Of a stretch of DNA of 64,000 nt, positions 57,614-64,000 are shown piece by piece (the first letter of the stretch is position 1; the number at the start of each line of letters is the position of its first letter). The DNA comes from Nitrospinaceae bacterium. Its GTDB lineage: Bacteria > Nitrospinota > Nitrospinia > Nitrospinales > Nitrospinaceae. The translations under genes and the position numbers were made by a program. The notes under the pieces were generated by a model. The model was not told the DNA's origin and made no database searches. It worked only from the letters and a program-made list of their open reading frames with translations. The stretch spans positions 1,184,001 through 1,248,000 of the forward strand of contig OZ250172.1 in assembly GCA_965237905.1 (NCBI GenBank), written 5' to 3'.

Positions 57614-60142
57614 ATGACGCATCGACATATCATCCGCTATTTGGTTGGGTTGGCAGGCCTCGGACTGATGATTCTGCTCAATCCCCAGTCTATGGTGGAA
57701 AGCCGGGAAGCCATCACGCAGGTGGAGGACTACCGTCTGGGCAGTCATCCGCAATCCACCCGCATCATCATCCAACTGAGCCAGGACAACCCTTACCGTG
57801 TCCTCACCAATTACGCCGATCAAAAAGTGGTGGTGTGGATTCGCAACGCCACACTGAAACCTAAAGTTCAGTCAATCACTTTTAGAGACAAGCATCTCAG
57901 CCAAATCCAGGTTGATCAAATCAAAAATAACGTCAAGTTCACCTTGCGGTTGAAAAGCAGGAACACGCGGTTGATTCATTTCGTGAATCACCAACCCGAA
58001 CGAATTGTGATCGAATTGAAACCTAAAAGCGCAGTAACCCAACAAGCTTCCCGTAAAGATAAAAAACAGGCTTTGAATTCCCGGAAAAAAATCATCAAGC
58101 AGGTCGCCCGTAAAAATAAAAAACAAACAGCAATGTCTTCATCGTCTGCCTCCCGCTTGACTCAAAAAAAGTTCGGGAGCCTCCCTCAGGCCGACTCGGA
58201 ACAAGAACTTAAAAGCGGGCGAGAAGATTATCAAAAGGCGCTGAAACTGTTTCAAAATAAAAACTACGTGGATGCGCTGAATACTTTTCAACAGTTTCAG
58301 CAGAAATACCGGGAAAGCCCTTTTCTTGTGAACGTCTCCTACATGATCGCCGAGGCGCAATACAATCTGGCGAAACGGGACCCCTATCCCAATTACGAGG
58401 AAGCCCTGGCCGCGTACCAATACGCCATGCGGACTTATCCCAATTCGCAATTTTACGATCACGCCCTTTTCAAAACCGCTTCCATTTATGAGGACATGGA
58501 TTACACGCTGGAAGCCCGAACGATGTATGAAAAAGGAACGCGGAAAGATAAATCCAGCCGTTACAATGCCGCGCGGGAAACCGGCTTGGGACTCATGCTC
58601 ATCGAGGAGGACAAGCTGGAGGAAGCGTACGAAACGTTTCAGATTCTGCTCCGGAAATCTCCACAAAACGCGGACGCCAAAAAGGGGCTCTTCCGGATCG
58701 CAAAACGCTATTACGAAGCACGGGATTATAAAAAAGCGCTGAAAATTTTCGAGGATGTGATCAAACGCTGGCCCGACGAATTGAACGAGCAACCGGAAGT
58801 TAATTTCTACATCGGTGAAATCCATTTCAACCGGAAACAATACGCGCAGGCGCGGCGGTTTTATTTCAACCTGGTCAACCTGGCACCGGAATCCCCCAAC
58901 GCGCACCGAGGATTGAACCGCATTGGCGACACTTATCTTCTGGAAAACAACGGCATGCCCGCGCTGACGGTATTCAATAAATCGCACAGTATCAATCCCG
59001 ACAGTGCGGAATCCCAATACGCGCAAATCCGCCTTGCCGATGTCGGCATCCGGTTCCCGGCCCTGCCGGTCAAGGACCTAATGTTCCAAGTATCCCCTTA
59101 TTACCATCCGTACCGCACCTATGAGGAGGTTGCTAAAAATCCGCAGTCGAGGGACATTTTGGCGGAAGCCACGTTCAGCCGGGGATCAGCCTATTACCGG
59201 GAGCAACGCTACCTGGAGGCCATCGAACAGTTCAAACGCCTGCTTCCGTTCGAGGCCGACTCAAAATTCCACCGGTGGGCAAAGAAATACCTGCAGTTGT
59301 CCATGGTGCAACTGATCGATCAATACGCAAAACAAAACGGCCACCTGCCGGTTCTCTACGCCTACGCCGATTATCTGAATTTGGGAATCGGCGAATTGAA
59401 CCGTGTTCAAACACAATTGCAGATCGGGGAAAGTTACAAGGCCATCGGCCTGAACTCGGAAGCGCTCAAGTTTTTCGAAAAGGTCAAGTTCGCCGATGTC
59501 AACGGCGCCTACACTGATCGCCTGTTCCTGGACCTGGGGGAAATTCACCTCAACGAAAATCATTTCAAGGAAGCCGAGCGCGTCACTCAAACTTTTGTCA
59601 ATACCTATAAGAACAGCCCGCGTCTGCCGGAAGCCAAAATCATTCTGGCCCGCGCTTATCTCGGCCAAAAGCAATACGACCGGTCGATTAAAATTTTCAA
59701 TCAATTGCTCGATTCCAAAAATGTAGAAGTCGCTAAAATTCATTACCTCATCGCGGAAACCTGGTTCGCCCGGGAAGATTTGCGCAACGCCGCCCGCGCC
59801 TACCGCAAAGCCATCGACAGCTACGACCGCGCCATTCGCAATCCACCGGACTATGTGCAAAGCGCTTACTATAAATTGGGCATGACACTGTACATGCAGG
59901 GTCAGTCCGAGAAATCACTGGATGCCCTCATGGCAGGAAGAAAGCTGTTTCCCGATCACCGCCTCAAAAACTGGGCGGATTACCTGATCATCGACAATCT
60001 GGACCGCCTCCACAAAAAAGACCAGGCCGAATCCGAACTCCAAACCCTGGTGGCGGAAAGCCGGGACGATCTTCTGCAAAAGGCCGCTCAATCTCACCTG
60101 AAAGTGATCGACTGGGAAAAACGGTTAAAAGAACTTCTATAA
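57614..60142 (+). CDS. Large membrane-anchored/exported TPR protein with N-terminal AMIN-like domain
   Basis: N-terminal TM/signal, beta-rich R.G.H..STRIII...P.RIVIE region, then many TPR repeats. Confidence 0.85.
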   Translation: MTHRHIIRYLVGLAGLGLMILLNPQSMVESREAITQVEDYRLGSHPQSTRIIIQLSQDNPYRVLTNYADQKVVVWIRNATLKPKVQSITFRDKHLSQIQVDQIKNNVKFTLRLKSRNTRLIHFVNHQPERIVIELKPKSAVTQQASRKDKKQALNSRKKIIKQVARKNKKQTAMSSSSASRLTQKKFGSLPQADSEQELKSGREDYQKALKLFQNKNYVDALNTFQQFQQKYRESPFLVNVSYMIAEAQYNLAKRDPYPNYEEALAAYQYAMRTYPNSQFYDHALFKTASIYEDMDYTLEARTMYEKGTRKDKSSRYNAARETGLGLMLIEEDKLEEAYETFQILLRKSPQNADAKKGLFRIAKRYYEARDYKKALKIFEDVIKRWPDELNEQPEVNFYIGEIHFNRKQYAQARRFYFNLVNLAPESPNAHRGLNRIGDTYLLENNGMPALTVFNKSHSINPDSAESQYAQIRLADVGIRFPALPVKDLMFQVSPYYHPYRTYEEVAKNPQSRDILAEATFSRGSAYYREQRYLEAIEQFKRLLPFEADSKFHRWAKKYLQLSMVQLIDQYAKQNGHLPVLYAYADYLNLGIGELNRVQTQLQIGESYKAIGLNSEALKFFEKVKFADVNGAYTDRLFLDLGEIHLNENHFKEAERVTQTFVNTYKNSPRLPEAKIILARAYLGQKQYDRSIKIFNQLLDSKNVEVAKIHYLIAETWFAREDLRNAARAYRKAIDSYDRAIRNPPDYVQSAYYKLGMTLYMQGQSEKSLDALMAGRKLFPDHRLKNWADYLIIDNLDRLHKKDQAESELQTLVAESRDDLLQKAAQSHLKVIDWEKRLKELL

Positions 60143-60199
60143 TCTTCTATAATGAATACAGGCACAAAATTTCCGCAAACCCGTGCGCGTGATAAATTT

Positions 60200-61456
60200 A
60201 TGGAAGACCCGACCCAGGAAGACAAAAAGCAAAAGGAGTTGGAGGTCCTCAGGGCCGCGTTTCAGGCCTTCAACGAAACCACCCAGCACCTGCAAAAATC
60301 CTACGAAACCCTGCAGGAACGGATCAAAGATCTCAACCTGGAGTTGGAAAAGAAAAATGTAGAGCTGGAAAGCAATCTCCAGGAAAAGGAGAAAGTCAAA
60401 AACTATCTCCACAACATTCTGGAGAGTCTGACCAGCGGCGTGATCGTGGTCGATGAAAACCAAACCATCACCACCCTCAGCCAAACCGCAGGAGCGATCC
60501 TGAACCTGTCGCCGGAACAATGCCTGAACCAGCCGCTGAAGAAAGCGGTGCCGCACCCGGTCTTCCCGACTCTGGTGGAACGCCTGAAAGAATCGAAAAA
60601 AAACAACCTGATCCAGGATGAGGAATTGAAAAATGCCAAAGGGCGCCGGATCAAAATCCGTGTGTCCGCCTCACCCGTGCACGATCCGGCAGGCGCACAA
60701 CTGGGCACCGTGCTCATCGTGCAGGACATCACCGAACTCAAACAACTGGAAGAAGAAGCCGAGCGCAACGACCGCCTGCGCGCCATGGGGGAAATGGCCG
60801 CCGGCATCGCCCACGAAATCCGCAACCCGCTGGGGAGCATCGAACTGTTCGCCTCGATTTTGAAAAAGGATTCCCAGGGCGATACGGAAAAAATGAAACT
60901 GGCGGATCACATCGTCTCCGGCGTCAAGAACATGGACCGCATCATCTCCAGCCTTCTGCTGTTCGCAAAATCGCCGGAACCGTCACGCCAGCAATGCAAC
61001 ATCAACGATCTGTTACGCGGCATCCTGAAATCCAGCACCGACCTGCAATCGCCCGACAACATCAACATCCAGTGCGACTTCTGCAAGGAGGACCCACTGG
61101 CGCAGGGCGACAAGGAGCTACTGCAACAGGTGTTTCTCAATTTCATTCGCAACGCGGTGCAAGCCATGCCGAAGGGCGGCGATCTGAAACTGCGTATCGA
61201 GAAAAACAAATCACCGGACAACAATACCTACTACCGCCATTTCATCACCACCACCATTTCCGACACCGGCATCGGCATCTCATCCGCGGACCAGGAAAAC
61301 ATCTTCAACCCATTCTTCAGCACCAAGGACAAGGGCACCGGATTGGGACTAGCCATCGCGCACAACATCGTCAAGGCGCATCAGGGCACCATCGACGTTG
61401 AAAGCCAAAAAGGCAAAGGCACCACGTTTATCGTCAACCTGCCGGGATGGGAATAA
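60200..61456 (+). CDS. Cytoplasmic PAS sensor histidine kinase (FleS/FlgS-like)
   Basis: AHEIRNPL, N..RNA..AM, DTG.GI, FNPFFSTK..GTGLGL; no TM segment. Alternative start at 60152. Confidence 0.9.
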   Translation: MEDPTQEDKKQKELEVLRAAFQAFNETTQHLQKSYETLQERIKDLNLELEKKNVELESNLQEKEKVKNYLHNILESLTSGVIVVDENQTITTLSQTAGAILNLSPEQCLNQPLKKAVPHPVFPTLVERLKESKKNNLIQDEELKNAKGRRIKIRVSASPVHDPAGAQLGTVLIVQDITELKQLEEEAERNDRLRAMGEMAAGIAHEIRNPLGSIELFASILKKDSQGDTEKMKLADHIVSGVKNMDRIISSLLLFAKSPEPSRQQCNINDLLRGILKSSTDLQSPDNINIQCDFCKEDPLAQGDKELLQQVFLNFIRNAVQAMPKGGDLKLRIEKNKSPDNNTYYRHFITTTISDTGIGISSADQENIFNPFFSTKDKGTGLGLAIAHNIVKAHQGTIDVESQKGKGTTFIVNLPGWE

Positions 61457-61463
61457 GGGAACT

Positions 61464-62846
61464 ATGACCGATCACGCTTCCAAAAAAATTCTGATCGTCG
61501 ACGACGAACCGGAAATGCGCATCGCCATCACCGAAGCGCTGAAGCGCGAAGGCTACCAGACCGATTCGGCGGAGAACGCGCCCGAGGCCCTGCACCGTCT
61601 CGAAGGTGAGGAATTCGACCTGGTCATCTCCGACGTGAAAATGCCGAAGATGAGCGGGCAGGAACTGCTCCGCGAAATCAAAGAGCAGTCGCCCAACACC
61701 CTCGTCATCATGATGACCGCCTACGGCACCATTGACAACGCGGTGGAATCCATGAAGCAAGGCGCGTTCGATTACCTGCTCAAACCATTCTCGATTGAAA
61801 TACTGGCGGGCACGGTCAACCGCGCTTTTTTGAGCGACCCGGCGCCCTCTGCCGCACCTGTAGCAGGCAGGGAATCCACCGCCAAAAAGAAAACTACGGA
61901 GCATGGCAAAATCGTCACGCAAAATAAAACCATGCTGGAGATGGTGAAGTTCGCCGAGAACATCGCCTACAGCAAATCCACCGTGCTGATCTCCGGCGAA
62001 ACGGGGACGGGCAAGGAAATGGTGGCGAAGTACATCCACCAATGCAGTCCGCGCGCCGACAAATCGTTTCTGGCGGTCAACTGCGCCGCCCTGCCGGAAG
62101 GTTTGTTGGAGTCGGAACTGTTCGGCCACGAGAAAGGCGCGTTCACCGGCGCCATCGCCAAGAAGGACGGCAAGTTCGAGCTGGCGCACAAGGGCACGCT
62201 CCTCTTGGACGAAGTCACCGAAATGACGCCGCCGCTGCAGGCCAAGCTCCTGCGCGTTTTACAGGAACACGAAATCGACAAAGTCGGCGGACGCGAACCG
62301 ATCCCCATCGACGTGCGCGTGATCGCCACCACCAACCGCGATCCCAAACAGCTAATCGAAGACGGCAAATTCCGCGAGGATCTGTATTACCGGTTGAACG
62401 TCATTCCCATCAAACTGCCGCCCCTGCGCGAACGCATGGAAGATTTACCGGCGCTGGCCGAACACTTCATGAAAAAACACAGCCGGGAAAATGGAAAAAA
62501 GATTTCAAGCATCACGCCGGAGACGCTGACGCTTCTCAACAAATACCAGTGGCGCGGCAACGTGCGCGAACTGGAGAACATTATCGAACGCGCCGTGCTG
62601 ATTTGTCAGGGCGACGCCATCGAGCCCGCCAACCTGTTCATGGAAGAGGGCGTAACCGCCCCGGAAACTGGCAATGAAAATGCACTTGGGAGCTTTCGCG
62701 GCACGATTTACGAAATGGAACGCGAACTCATCTTCAAAACCCTGGAAGAAACCGGCAACAACAAAACCAAAGCCGCCGAAGTCCTCGGCATCAGCATCCG
62801 CACCCTCCGCAACAAACTGAACGAATATAAAGAAAAAAGTGATTAA
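61464..62846 (+). CDS. Sigma54-dependent response regulator (FleR/FlgR/NtrC-like)
   Basis: REC domain, GETGTGKE, ESELFGHEKGAFTGA, Fis-type HTH. Confidence 0.93.
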   Translation: MTDHASKKILIVDDEPEMRIAITEALKREGYQTDSAENAPEALHRLEGEEFDLVISDVKMPKMSGQELLREIKEQSPNTLVIMMTAYGTIDNAVESMKQGAFDYLLKPFSIEILAGTVNRAFLSDPAPSAAPVAGRESTAKKKTTEHGKIVTQNKTMLEMVKFAENIAYSKSTVLISGETGTGKEMVAKYIHQCSPRADKSFLAVNCAALPEGLLESELFGHEKGAFTGAIAKKDGKFELAHKGTLLLDEVTEMTPPLQAKLLRVLQEHEIDKVGGREPIPIDVRVIATTNRDPKQLIEDGKFREDLYYRLNVIPIKLPPLRERMEDLPALAEHFMKKHSRENGKKISSITPETLTLLNKYQWRGNVRELENIIERAVLICQGDAIEPANLFMEEGVTAPETGNENALGSFRGTIYEMERELIFKTLEETGNNKTKAAEVLGISIRTLRNKLNEYKEKSD

Positions 62847-62850
62847 TGGA

Positions 62851-62879
62851 TGTCGCCCTGAGCCTGTCGAAGGGTGACA
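62851..62879. repeat. REP-like hairpin element
   Basis: TGTCGCCCT-GAGCCTGTCGA-AGGGTGACA, just after the regulator stop codon. Confidence 0.6.
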
Positions 62880-62922
62880 CAGTCCCCTCCGCCGGGAGGC
62901 GGTAACCAAGATTGCCGGGTGG

Positions 62923-62938
62923 TGTCAAAAGCGTGACA
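62923..62938. promoter_or_regulatory. Putative enhancer-binding-protein site
   Basis: TGTCA-AAAGCG-TGACA about 137 bp upstream of a sigma54 motif. Confidence 0.5.
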
Positions 62939-63073
62939 TTTTTTACCGGCCACAAGGCTCGCACCTTGAGACAATTTTTTAAATCATCTATCCGAATGAT
63001 TCGGACCTCTTTATTTATGGTGGTTTACGCTGTTTCCACCGATTTCTCCCCTATTCCCCCACCCCGGCAAGTT

Positions 63074-63088
63074 TGGTATAGAACTTGC
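63074..63088 (+). promoter_or_regulatory. Sigma54 (-24/-12) promoter of flgC-fliF
   Basis: TGGTAT-N5-TTGC. Confidence 0.75.
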
Positions 63089-63169
63089 TCTAATTTACTC
63101 TAACTCCCTGAAATGTAGGGAATTCCGACGTTCTGGACCCAAACTGAAGCCCTTTGGAGGGGGACCCTT

Positions 63170-63604
63170 ATGGATTTTTTGACATCGATGCAGATCGGCG
63201 CGTCCGGCCTGACCGCCCAGCGCCAGCGCATGGACACCATCGCCAGCAACCTGGCCAATATCGAAACCACGCGCACGCCGGAGGGCGGGCCGTACAAGCG
63301 CAAGGACGTCGTGTTCGCCGCCCTGCCGCTCGATCCGTTTTCAACAACGTTCAACGACGCCATGGCCGACCAGGTACGCCAGGTCACGGTGACTGAGGTG
63401 GTGGAGGATCAATCGCCGCCCACCATGATCTACAACCCGAATCACCCGGACGCCAACACAGAGGGCTACGTCGCCATGCCCAACATCAACCTCATGGAGG
63501 AGATGGTCAACCTGATCAACGCCACCCGCTCGTTCGAGGCGAACGTGCAATCCATCAACGCCGCCAAGTCGATGGCGCTGAGGGCGATCGATCTCGGACG
63601 ATAA
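63170..63604 (+). CDS. flgC: Flagellar basal-body rod protein FlgC
   Basis: SGL.AQR.RM..IASNLAN..TT..GGPY.RK, Y.P.HPDA..GYV.MPN, ATRSFEAN. Confidence 0.96.
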   Translation: MDFLTSMQIGASGLTAQRQRMDTIASNLANIETTRTPEGGPYKRKDVVFAALPLDPFSTTFNDAMADQVRQVTVTEVVEDQSPPTMIYNPNHPDANTEGYVAMPNINLMEEMVNLINATRSFEANVQSINAAKSMALRAIDLGR

Positions 63605-63647
63605 CGGACCTTTGATGACTCAATCTTAAATGGAACCCGGCTCGCTT

Positions 63648-64000
63648 ATGGAAAACCTACTGCAATTCATTCAAAACCTGTGGCGGAAATTTCTCACCCT
63701 CTCCCCTGTCAATATGGCTGTGGCTTTGGGAGGGGTGGCGCTGGCCGTCGGCGCGCTGGTCTCCATTTCGCTGTGGGTCCAGTCACCGGATTACCAACTG
63801 CTGTACGCCAATCTTTCCGATCAGGATGCCGCCGGGGTGGTCGAACAGTTGAACACGCAAAATATTCCGCACAAGCTGACCAACCAGGGACGCAATGTGG
63901 CTGTCCCGTCCAACAAGGTGCATGAAATCCGCCTCAGTCTCGCCAGCCAGGGGTTGCCGGCGGGAACGGAAGTGGGCCTCGAGTTATTTGAAGAAACACC
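63648..64000 (+). CDS. fliF: Flagellar MS-ring protein FliF (5' part only)
   Basis: Hand translation: MENLLQF...TM...PDYQLLYANLSDQDAAGVVEQL...VP...VHEIRLSLASQGLP...VGLELFE. Confidence 0.92.
   Translation, partial: MENLLQFIQNLWRKFLTLSPVNMAVALGGVALAVGALVSISLWVQSPDYQLLYANLSDQDAAGVVEQLNTQNIPHKLTNQGRNVAVPSNKVHEIRLSLASQGLPAGTEVGLELFEET

Overview
A gene-dense bacterial chromosomal segment, mostly core genes. The gene content suggests a Nitrospinota/Nitrospirota-like organism (inference only: several FGE-sulfatase paralogs, small periplasmic c-type cytochromes, two-domain ThyX). In order, it holds: tolQRA-tolB, efp and ettA; a periplasmic cytochrome c / di-heme peroxidase / DUF1264 / beta-propeller cluster; a radical SAM-SPASM enzyme with a small partner ORF; maf, a SurA-like PPIase, priA, cutA, msrP and pntAB; a PAS-GGDEF protein, thyX-like, aroA, bioB and trxA; a frameshifted AttH-like gene; an LPS-modification cluster; an M20 peptidase, an HD-GYP protein and a PncA-PncB fusion; two AT-rich tandem Zn-finger-like ORFs; and the start of a sigma54-type flagellar cluster (TPR protein, sensor kinase, response regulator, flgC, fliF) that lacks flgB and fliE at their usual positions. 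I found no rRNA, tRNA, CRISPR array, transposase or integrase. The most notable non-standard structures are a modular dispersed intergenic repeat family, a 74-bp duplicated gene 3' end bracketing the beta-propeller gene, the cytochrome/peroxidase/DUF1264 module, and an EF-P with a PGNKR loop. Start positions were refined by eye and family calls come from motif recognition, not database searches.
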